From Oceanispirochaeta sp. (GTDB taxonomy: Bacteria > Spirochaetota > Spirochaetia > DSM-2461): a DNA stretch of 64,000 nucleotides. The stretch's first letter is position 1, and each line of letters opens with the position of its first letter. Shown here one piece after another: positions 1 to 9,096 of this stretch. The stretch lies in contig CAXXOA010000002.1 of NCBI GenBank assembly GCA_963666275.2, positions 2,208,001-2,272,000 on the forward strand, given 5' to 3'. Both the position numbers and the translations under genes were made by a program. The notes below the pieces were generated by a model. The model saw only the letters and a list, made by a program, of their open reading frames with translations, ran no database searches and was not told the origin of the DNA.

Positions 1-2
1 GG

Positions 3-320
3 AAACCGGTAAACTCCTGCCTGGTTCTGGCCGCTGAAACCGATGGTGCGGAAATTCTGACAGTTGAAGGGCTTGCCATGAATGGTGAACTCCATCCTCT
101 TCAGCAGGCTTTTATGGATGAGGGGGCTGTCCAGTGCGGATACTGTACTCCCGGTATGCTGATGACTGCCAAAGCGATTCTTGATGAGTTTGATGATCCC
201 TCGGAAGATGATATCCGAAAGCTGATGGAAGGCAACCTCTGCCGCTGTACCGGGTATAACAGGATTATTTCGACTGTTAAAAAGGTTTCCAATGCCAGGA
301 AACATGTGACAAATCTTTAA
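3..320 (+). CDS. 2Fe-2S small subunit of a molybdenum hydroxylase (CoxS/XdhC-like), 5' end outside window
   Basis: Frame is open from base 3 (KPVNSCLVLA..TVEGL), then QCGYCTPGM and GNLCRCTGY motifs. Confidence 0.9.
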   Translation, partial: KPVNSCLVLAAETDGAEILTVEGLAMNGELHPLQQAFMDEGAVQCGYCTPGMLMTAKAILDEFDDPSEDDIRKLMEGNLCRCTGYNRIISTVKKVSNARKHVTNL

Positions 321-509
321 AAACAACGGGCTGGAGTTTATATAAAGAGCTTACTAGAAGTTATGGTTCCTTTGGGGGAACTGAAATTGAACTGCCCCGG
401 ATTTTCCGGTAAAGCTGTTTTTTTTCGATTAAACAGCTTTGTGATGTAGTCTCATTTTTACTATATAAATCAGTAAGAATCTTTTTTCTGTATGCTGTCA
501 TAAAAAAGG

Positions 510-556
510 AGTCCCGGCTGAAAATCCTGGGTAAAGTCTGGATTTCAGCCGGGACT
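510..556 (-). terminator. Probable intrinsic terminator downstream of the PPDK-like gene
   Basis: 14-bp inverted repeat AGTCCCGGCTGAAA/TTTCAGCCGGGACT, followed by a T run on the minus strand. Confidence 0.6.
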
Positions 557-698
557 AAAATGTCAAAATTGACTGGTGCCCCGGGGATCTTGCCCGATAT
601 ACAGTCATGTCTATTCCCGGGCGGATAACTTGTTAACTGAGCAATAAGGGATTGCCATGTTCTCCGCCTTTGTCAAAAGTTTATTTGCCTGACAGACC

Positions 699-3044
699 CT
701 AGAAGCTTCCTTCCTCTTCCCGGCTTATCCCCTGCAGGAGCATCAGATCCTCATGGAGTTCCATCCATATATCATGAAATGAACCGCACATAACACCTGT
801 GAACATTCTGGTTTCACCCGCAATTGCCAGTTTGGCAGCCTCTTTCAGGCGACTTTTGTAGCGGGCCAACCGGGGGAGAACTTCAGATAGCTGTGATAGA
901 ACAGGCAGAATCCTATCAGCAATTGAGGCAAGAGAATCAAGCTGATACTTATCATATGCCGCATCACTATGATCATTGGGAACACCGTCTTTCAGCTGCC
1001 ATGTACTGCAAAGTTCCTTAAACTCGGAATTCAGCTTGAAGAAAGGCTGGTAAGCGGGAGAAAGGGCATGGGCCAGGTCCGGATCAGCCGTCAGGTCAAG
1101 CCGCCTCTGCTGCTCTTCGCTGCCTTCGGGAGTCAGTGTGTACATGTTTCGGCTTTCCATATGACTGACAAGCCCCTTGCTCAGAAGATTTGCCATGATT
1201 TCTGAGGGAACTTTACCCAGACTTTCCATTAATCCATCTGCTGTAATAAAACCCCTTATCCGAAGGAGGTAGAGGACAAAATCTTCATCCGCATCCAGAA
1301 TTATTTCCTCTTCCTCATATTGATCGGAGAATGGTGTATAGGTCATTTCCGAATCAGAATCTGCCGATGAGCCTTGAGTATTACTGAAGTGGAATGGAAC
1401 ATCTTCTGCAGAAACCTTTCCGGATTCAAGCAAAGTCTGTGCGACTGCCAGGCGGCTGAGAGGCACCCGGAAAGGGGAACAGCTAATAAGTTCCACACCT
1501 GTTCTGACAAAAAAGTCTACAGAGCCTGGATGACCAGCATGTTCTCCGCACACTCCCAGATTGATCGAGGGCTTGGCCTGACGGGCCGCTTTGCAGGCAA
1601 TCTCTACAAGAGAACCCACTCCTTCTGTATCCAGTATGGCAAAGGGATTCTCTTCCAGGATTCCCTTTTCCTGATAAGCCGGCAGCATCCTGGCTTCCAC
1701 GTCATCACGGCTGAATGCAAAAGTCATCTGGGTCAAATCATTTGTTCCGAAAGAAAAAAAGTCTGCATATTTCGCCAGTGCTCCCGCAACAATTGCCGCC
1801 CTGGGTGTTTCGATCATCGCTCCGATAGATATGGATTTTCCCAACAGTTGCGGATGGCCCGACTGATCCAGCGCATCTATTACCCATTGCCTGGCTATGG
1901 ACAGTTCCTTTTCATTTATCACAAGGGGGATCATAATTTCAATCAGCGGATTTTTACCCTTTTGGATGAGGTTCGCCGCTGCTTGAGCCAGTGAGCGTAC
2001 CTGCATTTCGTACAGACCGCTCCGGATCATACCCAGCCTGACTCCCCGTGTGCCGATCATCGGGTTTTTTTCATGTAGCCGTTGGGCTGATGCGAGCTCT
2101 CTGGCTTCTAAAGTACTTAAAGAGCCTGAGGCCTCTTTTGCTGTCAGTTCAATTATATCGGGAAGGAATTCATGGAGCGGAGGATCAAGCAGCCTGACTT
2201 TTACGGGCAGATTGTCCATGGCTTCAAGGATCAGCTCAAAATCAGATATCTGTGCTTTTTCAAGCTGCTCCAGACTCTGCTGGGCTTCTTCATCTGTATC
2301 GCTTAAAATGAAACGACGCATTATTGGCAGACGGTCAGGAGAGAGGAACATGTGTTCGGTTCTGCACAGGCCTATTCCCCTTGCTCCCAGAGAGCGTGCC
2401 ATGGCTGCATCTCCCTGAGTATCTGCATTGGCACGTACTTCTATATGACCGGCTTCCGCTATCTGATCTGCCCAGTTCAGCAGTCGATCAAGCTCCGGAG
2501 GGGCTTCATGTGATGAAACCTCCAGTTCTCCGATATAAACGGCACCTGTTCCTCCGTCAATCGTTAAATGATCTCCTTCCCTGACAAAAATACCATTGAT
2601 TCCAATACCGCCGGGAACAACATCTATTTCCGTGGCACCAACAACGGCAGGTTTTCCCCATCCACGGGCAACAATGGCTGCATGGGAACCAAGTCCTCCC
2701 CTTGCGGTTAATATCCCCTTGGCGGCCTGCATTCCCAGTATATCATCAGGAGTTGTTTCCGTACGAACGAGAATCACAGAACGGCCTTCATCAGATAAAG
2801 CCACAGCCCTAGCGGCATCCAGCACAATTTCTCCTGCTGCTGCGCCGGGTGAGGCAGGCAGACCTGTTGTGGCTGGTTGATAAGTCATATCCGCAGGGTC
2901 TAATCCTGCATGAAAGAACATACTCAGTTCGTTGGGATTAATTGATTTTATCGCCTGCGCGACAGTTTCTGGTGTTTGCTCATTTAGAGCTCTACTAACG
3001 GTTTCCCGGATTGTCTGATCAATAGATACCCTCGTCGTTTCCAT
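699..3044 (-). CDS. PPDK-like protein lacking the N-terminal nucleotide-binding domain, fused to a C-terminal Rv1126c-like winged-helix domain
   Basis: GLPASPGAAAG, SHAAIVARGWGKP (phospho-His), GIGLCRTEHMF, RLLDPPLHEFLP, FSFGTNDLTQ and GVCGEH motifs. About 200 extra C-terminal residues with PNDHSDAAYD and SFHDIWMELHEDL. ATG at 3044 has a GAGG RBS; the ORF track starts at TTG 3068. Confidence 0.85.
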   Translation of the reverse strand: METTRVSIDQTIRETVSRALNEQTPETVAQAIKSINPNELSMFFHAGLDPADMTYQPATTGLPASPGAAAGEIVLDAARAVALSDEGRSVILVRTETTPDDILGMQAAKGILTARGGLGSHAAIVARGWGKPAVVGATEIDVVPGGIGINGIFVREGDHLTIDGGTGAVYIGELEVSSHEAPPELDRLLNWADQIAEAGHIEVRANADTQGDAAMARSLGARGIGLCRTEHMFLSPDRLPIMRRFILSDTDEEAQQSLEQLEKAQISDFELILEAMDNLPVKVRLLDPPLHEFLPDIIELTAKEASGSLSTLEARELASAQRLHEKNPMIGTRGVRLGMIRSGLYEMQVRSLAQAAANLIQKGKNPLIEIMIPLVINEKELSIARQWVIDALDQSGHPQLLGKSISIGAMIETPRAAIVAGALAKYADFFSFGTNDLTQMTFAFSRDDVEARMLPAYQEKGILEENPFAILDTEGVGSLVEIACKAARQAKPSINLGVCGEHAGHPGSVDFFVRTGVELISCSPFRVPLSRLAVAQTLLESGKVSAEDVPFHFSNTQGSSADSDSEMTYTPFSDQYEEEEIILDADEDFVLYLLRIRGFITADGLMESLGKVPSEIMANLLSKGLVSHMESRNMYTLTPEGSEEQQRRLDLTADPDLAHALSPAYQPFFKLNSEFKELCSTWQLKDGVPNDHSDAAYDKYQLDSLASIADRILPVLSQLSEVLPRLARYKSRLKEAAKLAIAGETRMFTGVMCGSFHDIWMELHEDLMLLQGISREEEGSF

Positions 3045-3688
3045 TTGTGCCTCTGCTAAAAAAGTCAATATATTTCTATTACTTCGTATGAATGTATTCA
3101 GTACGAATCCAAAAGAGTTATTCGATTATCGATAATCATGCTACCATGGATATAGTCTGCTGTATAGGAAAAAATGCTAATGCAGGTCAATCCATTTCTG
3201 TCTGATATTTTTTCATTGTTTTCATACGGAGAGGGGATGCCAGGCAGGGGCAGAATCTGATGAAATAGGATCTGTTCATCTTCAGGGCACCATTGAAAAG
3301 TTTTAATTCTCCGAAAACTGTACAACTTATATAACTTGAAAAGGACAGAATGGATGAAAAGTGTATCCCGAGCATAATGCTGTCGTCTTCATCCCTGATT
3401 TTCTGTAGGATTTCTTCATTTCGAAGGGGCGTTTATGTCTTCCCATTTCAGCTCCGCAGTTTAATAATCTAAACTGAACTATGCTTTTCAGGAGCCGGAA
3501 AACGTTGTCTGAGAAGAGCTTTTTTACACATTTTCCTGACCCGGATTGAACAAGAACTTTCCCATACCAAAAGACAGATCCAAAAATTAAAAATATCAAT
3601 ATATGAGTTGGCAGAAAATTAATAGAAAAACTGATTATAAATAAAAAACCCGGTAACTGAGGATAACGTTACCGGGCTAAATAAATGT

Positions 3689-3740
3689 TGCGGTAGACTG
3701 GACTTGAACCAGCACAGCCTTGCGACCACTAGCCCCTCAA
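3689..3740 (-). repeat. att-like copy 1: 3' half of tRNA-Leu(GAG)
   Basis: Matches 48354-48405 with one difference. Homology stops in the anticodon loop. Confidence 0.95.
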
Positions 3741-3864
3741 TTCAGGGTATGTGGTTATGTGGTACATATAGGGCTATCTGGAGCTGTATATCAAAGCTTA
3801 TGTCGTATGATCTCAATATATGCCTTCTGGGTTTATATAATAAGAGGGTCAATATCGGGGTCAG

Positions 3865-4116
3865 TTATTTTGCATAATGCTCTGTATAGTTGTCCAGTAC
3901 TTTGCGGATAAGCTGCTGATAGGGAATATGATTTTCATGAGCGGCACTTTTAAAGAAATCCACACTTCGCTTGGATAGAGAAATCGTTATCTTCCGGGTT
4001 TCTTCTTTTGCAATTAATTGTTCAGGCGGTGGAAGAAAATCCTCTATTTCCGTTGCACTCAGAAGAGCATTTTCAATCTCCTCAGGAGCTTCTGTATATT
4101 TACTGTTTTTGTTCAT
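3865..4116 (-). CDS. BrnA/CopG-like antitoxin, copy 1
   Basis: Protein identical to 43720-43971. RHH-like KITISLSKRSVDFFK..PYQQLIRKVL. Confidence 0.8.
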   Translation of the reverse strand: MNKNSKYTEAPEEIENALLSATEIEDFLPPPEQLIAKEETRKITISLSKRSVDFFKSAAHENHIPYQQLIRKVLDNYTEHYAK

Positions 4117-4245
4117 ACGATTTCCTCCCGGTTCTCCAGAATCCGGCTCCGAATATCCGGATGTTTTCCTTTCTCATTGTAAAACGAACTGTTACAATAC
4201 CATCCTCAATCTTCCCAATACAGAAATACCTGTCTTCATTTTGGC
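4100..4245 (-). pseudogene. 5'-truncated BrnT toxin fragment
   Basis: Copy of the 3' part of 43955-44224; the N-terminal half and promoter are missing. Confidence 0.85.
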
Positions 4246-4272
4246 AGGAAGGGTACTTTTCTAAAAAAAAGT

Positions 4273-4302
4273 TTGACACCAGTGGTATGCCAGTGGTATA
4301 GT
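4273..4302 (+). promoter_or_regulatory. Sigma70-like promoter with a GntR-type operator in the spacer
   Basis: TTGACA-ccagTGGTATGCCAgtgg-TATAGT, nearly identical to 13631-13660. Confidence 0.75.
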
Positions 4303-4431
4303 TTTTTTAAAAGAAAGAGAATAACTTAATTTTAAAAGTTATTTTTTGGGGGAAATCCTGCAAGATTGGTTTATTACTGGAAATAGTAAATAAATAATCT
4401 TAATGGAAATAAATCAAAAAGAGGGAAAATC

Positions 4432-5979
4432 ATGAGTGATGTCATCCTGAAAATGGAAAACATAACAAAAACATTCCCTGGTGTCAAAGCTTTGGATAAT
4501 GTGAATATTCAGGTAAAAAAGGCTGAGGTTCATGCTATTTGCGGTGAAAATGGTGCGGGTAAATCTACTTTGATAAAAGTATTAAGCGGTGTTTATCCTA
4601 CCGGAACCTATAATGGTGAAATCTCTATTAGGGGAGAAAAATTCACATTTTCCAATACAGCTGATGCAGAAAAACAAGGTATAGTCTGTATTCATCAGGA
4701 GCTGGAACTCATACCCGAGTTGAGTGTTGGGGAAAATATTTTCTTGGGCAAATATCCTTTAAAACATGGAATCATAAATTGGGATCAGATTAATTCACAA
4801 ACGAGAGTGTTGCTTGAACAAGTCGGCTTGGTGTCTCAGGGGAATGCAGGAGTCTCTTCAGTATCTCCCGATGATAAAATTGTAAATTTAGGAATAGGTC
4901 AGAAACAGCTTGTTGAAATAGCCAAAGCATTGGCACGGGATGCACAGATCCTTATTCTGGATGAGCCGACTGCAGCATTAACAGAGTCAGAAGTGGAAAC
5001 GCTCTTAGGCATTATTAAGAATTTGAGAGAAAAAGGGATCGCATGCATATATATCTCTCACAAACTTGATGAAGTCATGGAAATTTCTGATTCTGTTACA
5101 GTTCTTCGTGATGGGAGTACAATTGGATCCTGGCCCATTCATGAGCTAACAAAGAACGATATCATAAGAAACATGGTTGGTCGTAATCTTACAAACCTGT
5201 TCCCTTATGAGGACCATGAAAGGGGAGATGTTGTTCTTGAAGTGAAAAATTACTCAGTAAGAGACCCTGAGCATTCAAGTAGAAATATCATTAATGATGT
5301 TAGTTTTAAGGCATATAAAGGAGAAATCCTTGGTGTAAGTGGTCTGATGGGTGCGGGAAGGACAGAATTGTTTTCCAGTATTTTTGGAGCCTATCCTTCT
5401 TATCATGAAGGCGAGGTTATCATAGATGGGGAAACTGTAAAGATAAAAAATCCTGCAGATGCTATAGGAAGGGGACTGGCTCTGGTTTCTGAAGACAGGA
5501 AACGCTATGGATTGGTACTTGGAATGGATATTAAAGAGAATACCACTCTTGCCTCCTTGAGAAAAATTTCAAGATCCGGTGTTGTTAATCTAAATAAAGA
5601 GATTTCATTAACGAATGAGCTTGTTGAAAAGTTGAAAACCAAAACGCCCGGAGTTGAAGAGCGGGTAAAAAACCTTAGCGGTGGTAATCAGCAGAAGGTA
5701 GTTCTTCAAAAAGCGCTTCTTACCAAACCCAGGTTATTGATTCTGGATGAACCTACAAGAGGAATAGATGTGGGTGCCAAATATGAAATTTATAATATTA
5801 TGAATCAGCTGGTACGAGAAGGAGTTGCTGTAATAATGATCTCTTCTGAACTGGAAGAAATCTTGGGAATGAGTAACCGGGTCTATGTAATGAGTCAGGG
5901 ACAGATCAGTCAGGAGTTTAGCCGTGATGAGGCAACTCAGGAATCAATTATGCATGCAGCTGTAGGAGGGAAAGGATGA
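4432..5979 (+). CDS. Sugar ABC transporter ATPase (XylG-like)
   Basis: GENGAGKSTL, LSGGNQQKV and LDEPTRGIDVGAK motifs; two ABC domains. Confidence 0.92.
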   Translation: MSDVILKMENITKTFPGVKALDNVNIQVKKAEVHAICGENGAGKSTLIKVLSGVYPTGTYNGEISIRGEKFTFSNTADAEKQGIVCIHQELELIPELSVGENIFLGKYPLKHGIINWDQINSQTRVLLEQVGLVSQGNAGVSSVSPDDKIVNLGIGQKQLVEIAKALARDAQILILDEPTAALTESEVETLLGIIKNLREKGIACIYISHKLDEVMEISDSVTVLRDGSTIGSWPIHELTKNDIIRNMVGRNLTNLFPYEDHERGDVVLEVKNYSVRDPEHSSRNIINDVSFKAYKGEILGVSGLMGAGRTELFSSIFGAYPSYHEGEVIIDGETVKIKNPADAIGRGLALVSEDRKRYGLVLGMDIKENTTLASLRKISRSGVVNLNKEISLTNELVEKLKTKTPGVEERVKNLSGGNQQKVVLQKALLTKPRLLILDEPTRGIDVGAKYEIYNIMNQLVREGVAVIMISSELEEILGMSNRVYVMSQGQISQEFSRDEATQESIMHAAVGGKG

Positions 5980-7118
5980 AGACCAAAGGGGTTGATTTAA
6001 AGAAGGTAGATTTGCGAAATTATGTAATGTTCGCAGCATTGCTGGTAATCTGGGTGATGTTTTCAATATTGACTGATGGTAAATTCCTTTTGACGCGAAA
6101 TATTTCAAATCTAACACGCCAAATGGCTATAGTGGGTATTATGGGTGTCGGAATGGTTTTAGTTATCATTACAGGGAATATTGATCTTTCTGTAGGTTCA
6201 GTTATGGGGGCACTTGGAGGATTAGCTGCTGCCTTGCATATATGGAATGGTGTAAATCCATTTATGACTATACTGATTGTTCTTCTTGGAGGCGTAATAA
6301 TTGGGATGATTCAGGGGTCAATAGTATCATATCTGGAAGTCCCTGCATTTATAGTCACCTTGGGGGGGTTATTAATTTTTCGTGGTGTACTATTGGGAAT
6401 TACAAAAGGTATTTCTATCGCTCCATTTGTAAATGTGTACAAGATCTTCGGTCAAGCATATGTGGATCCATCAGCAGTCTGGGTAATCGTGATTGTCTCG
6501 TGTATTATCATTTTCTTATTGGCACTAAACAGAAGAAAATCAAGGATTAAATACAATTTCTCCGTTGATAAGATTTCTGTTTTCATGGTTAAAAACCTGC
6601 TTTTCTGCCTCATAATTGTAGGGGTAGCTGCAATATTAAATAATTACAAAGGTTTACCTGTACCGGTTCTTATTATGATTATTCTTGTATTGGTATTTAC
6701 ATTTGTAGCTGAAAAAACAACCTTTGGACGCAGTATTTATGCTATGGGTGGCAATTATGAAGCAACTATGTATTCTGGTATTAAAGTTAAACGAAATCTA
6801 GTTATCGTATTTATGCTTAATGGCTTAATGGCCGCAATAGCTGGAATTATTCTTTCAGCCAGATTGAATGCAGGAACACCTTCTGCCGGGATGAATATGG
6901 AGTTAGATGCTATTGCAGCGACAGTAATTGGTGGAACCAGTATGTCCGGCGGGTCGGGTAAAGTTGCAGGAGCAATTGTTGGAGCTTTCTTTATGGCTTC
7001 GATAGACAATGGTATGAGTATGATGAATGTCGATGCTTACTGGCAGTATATCGTAAAAGGGATAATTCTGGTTACCGCTGTATGGTTTGATATTTATTCA
7101 AGTAAGAAGTCAAAATAG
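5976..7118 (+). CDS. Sugar ABC transporter permease (XylH-like)
   Basis: Hydrophobic; NIDLSVGS and ELDAIAATVIGGTS motifs. Confidence 0.92.
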   Translation: MKTKGVDLKKVDLRNYVMFAALLVIWVMFSILTDGKFLLTRNISNLTRQMAIVGIMGVGMVLVIITGNIDLSVGSVMGALGGLAAALHIWNGVNPFMTILIVLLGGVIIGMIQGSIVSYLEVPAFIVTLGGLLIFRGVLLGITKGISIAPFVNVYKIFGQAYVDPSAVWVIVIVSCIIIFLLALNRRKSRIKYNFSVDKISVFMVKNLLFCLIIVGVAAILNNYKGLPVPVLIMIILVLVFTFVAEKTTFGRSIYAMGGNYEATMYSGIKVKRNLVIVFMLNGLMAAIAGIILSARLNAGTPSAGMNMELDAIAATVIGGTSMSGGSGKVAGAIVGAFFMASIDNGMSMMNVDAYWQYIVKGIILVTAVWFDIYSSKKSK

Positions 7119-7254
7119 TAATTCTTAATCAAGAATTGGATATTTGTTTTCTGGTTGATATTTAGACAATCAGAAAACTGATCAATACCATCATTTTCAT
7201 TTTAATGAGCTTCTGAATTGAATTATTGGAGATGATGGGAATGTATTTTATTAA

Positions 7255-7275
7255 TGGCATACCAATAGAATGCCA
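7255..7275 (+). promoter_or_regulatory. GntR-type operator upstream of iolN
   Basis: TGGCATACCA plus a degenerate TAGAATGCCA 11 bp later; same motif as at 4283 and 13641. Confidence 0.6.
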
Positions 7276-7298
7276 AAGGTGTATATGGAGGTAAAGTT

Positions 7299-8270
7299 AT
7301 GAGTAAATGGACAATCCCCCCTGAGGGCGGACACATGGAAAGACCCACTGGTGTATATTATCAGACAATGAATGGGAAACAGATTGAAGAGCGGCTGAAA
7401 AAGAGTGATATGTTGATTCTGCCAATCGGTAGTACTGAAAATCATGGATTGAACGCCTGCGCCGGTGAGGATACATTTTTGGTTACCAGGCTGGCAGAAG
7501 CCGTTGCCCAGAAGACAGGATGTACTGTAGCTGAACCCATCTGGTACGGGTCTCATCCTTTCCATCATCTTGGAATGCCCGGAACAATTGTTATTCCTGA
7601 AGAAGACCTGGCTGCTTATATACGTGCTGTTGTTGCAGGTTTCTGGAACTCCGGTTTCAGGAAGATTATACTCCTGAATGGCCATGGGCAGGATTATGTG
7701 ATTCCTCTGGCAATTCATCAGTTTGCCAAAAAATACCAGGTTCCCGCGGTTCTGGTTAATGTGAACTGGTGGTTTGTAATTCCCGAATATCTGAAAGATA
7801 AGGCCCATGGCGGTGTCTTTGATACTCCTTTTATTCATGCGGATGAGGTGGAAACTTCCTACTCAATGGCTCTATTCCCTGAGCTGATAGATCAGCAGTA
7901 TGCACAGAAAACCACACCTTTGAGCATTTTTCCCGCAGGTCACATTAATAAATCAGGTAGTGTCTATAAGGAAGAATCTCCCATTGACTTCTGGTGTCAG
8001 GTAGGGGCTTCAGCCATTGAGGTGGTTTCTACTCCCGAAGGTGTTGTGGGAGATGCTACTCTGGCGGATCCTGAAAAGGCAAGACCAGGTGTTTATGCCA
8101 TGCTGGACTATCTGGAAAAACTAATCAACGACATTATGGAGATGTATCCTGTTGGAAAGCTTCCTCCCATCGAAGCGATGACAATGAGGGATAAGAAAGA
8201 GATTGAGGATGTTATCAAAGGGCCTACTAACGGCGGAAAACATCTGTATACCCTGGCATATCCTACCTGA
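7299..8270 (+). CDS. iolN: Creatininase-family 3-dehydro-scyllo-inosose hydrolase
   Basis: MERPTGVYYQTM, GSTENHG, NGHGQ, FIHADEVETS and PEGVVG, as recalled from Thermotoga maritima IolN. Confidence 0.85.
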   Translation: MSKWTIPPEGGHMERPTGVYYQTMNGKQIEERLKKSDMLILPIGSTENHGLNACAGEDTFLVTRLAEAVAQKTGCTVAEPIWYGSHPFHHLGMPGTIVIPEEDLAAYIRAVVAGFWNSGFRKIILLNGHGQDYVIPLAIHQFAKKYQVPAVLVNVNWWFVIPEYLKDKAHGGVFDTPFIHADEVETSYSMALFPELIDQQYAQKTTPLSIFPAGHINKSGSVYKEESPIDFWCQVGASAIEVVSTPEGVVGDATLADPEKARPGVYAMLDYLEKLINDIMEMYPVGKLPPIEAMTMRDKKEIEDVIKGPTNGGKHLYTLAYPT

Positions 8271-8278
8271 GGACTCGT

Positions 8279-9094
8279 ATGAAGATTGTTGCAAGTGTTA
8301 CTCCAAACAGTACGAAATTTGGCCCATTGCTCTACCCTGGTGAGCTTGAAAAAGCGATTATTGAATTAGCTGATTTTGGTTATGACGGGATAGAGCTTAG
8401 TTTGAGAACACCACTGGATGTTGATCCGGTCGTGCTGTTTGACTTGCTCGATAAAAAAGGGCTTGAATTGGTTTCCATAGCTACTGGACAGAGTTTTGTT
8501 GAGGATGGGTACTCTCTTTACGACCCTGATCCGGAGATCCGTGAAAAGACTGTTACCAGAATGAAAGGATATATGGATATGCTTTCTTCTGGTGGTGGAA
8601 TGGTTATTCTCGGTGGAATTAAAGGGAAGCTCAATGACCAGGATCGGAATATTCAGATAAATGGTGGTGATGCAGCAATTGATAAGTGTCTGGATTATGC
8701 AGAGAAAAAAAGAGTAACTCTTCTACTGGAAGCTATTAACAGGTATGAAACCAATTTGTTCAATACTGTAGAGTCTTGTGTAAATTTTGCAAAGTCCAGG
8801 GGCTCGGAATATCTGAAAGTTCTACCTGATGCTTTCCATATGAATATTGAAGAGACGGATATGAAACAGTCTCTTGATATGGCTGGAAAGTATATAGGCG
8901 CCATTCACTGTGCGGACAGTAACAGGCTTGCTCCTGGAATGGGGCATATCAACTTTAAGGAGTTACTGGGAAATCTGTCCCATTACACAGGTCTGAGATA
9001 CCTGGGAGTTGAAGTTCTACCTTTGCCGGACAGCAGGTCGTGTGCTGAAACAGCTATTGCAACTATCAGAGAATGCCTTTTAAAGGAGGAATAA
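8279..9094 (+). CDS. iolO: TIM-barrel epimerase, 5-keto-L-gluconate epimerase (IolO)-like
   Basis: EAINRYET, DAFHMNIEE and ADSNRLAPG motifs; adjacent to iolN and an iolM-like gene. Confidence 0.7.
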   Translation: MKIVASVTPNSTKFGPLLYPGELEKAIIELADFGYDGIELSLRTPLDVDPVVLFDLLDKKGLELVSIATGQSFVEDGYSLYDPDPEIREKTVTRMKGYMDMLSSGGGMVILGGIKGKLNDQDRNIQINGGDAAIDKCLDYAEKKRVTLLLEAINRYETNLFNTVESCVNFAKSRGSEYLKVLPDAFHMNIEETDMKQSLDMAGKYIGAIHCADSNRLAPGMGHINFKELLGNLSHYTGLRYLGVEVLPLPDSRSCAETAIATIRECLLKEE

Positions 9095-9096
9095 TT

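Larger units (their letters stand above)
3689..4245. repeat. 557-bp direct repeat with 43544-44100 (att, antitoxin and 3' part of brnT)
   Basis: Constant offset of 39855 bp, four mismatches seen by eye, divergence after CATTTTGGC. Confidence 0.95.

Noticed and set aside
3689..3740. Additional tRNA genes here and at 43544-43595
   Set aside because: Only the 3' half is present; no D-arm or 5' acceptor strand.
3327..3911. Short ORFs across the att modules (also 43575-43766, 48012-48230)
   Set aside because: They span tRNA fragments and terminators, and their frames are not conserved across the module copies except by direct duplication.
7299..8270. Creatinine amidohydrolase function
   Set aside because: Sequence and neighbours fit IolN better.
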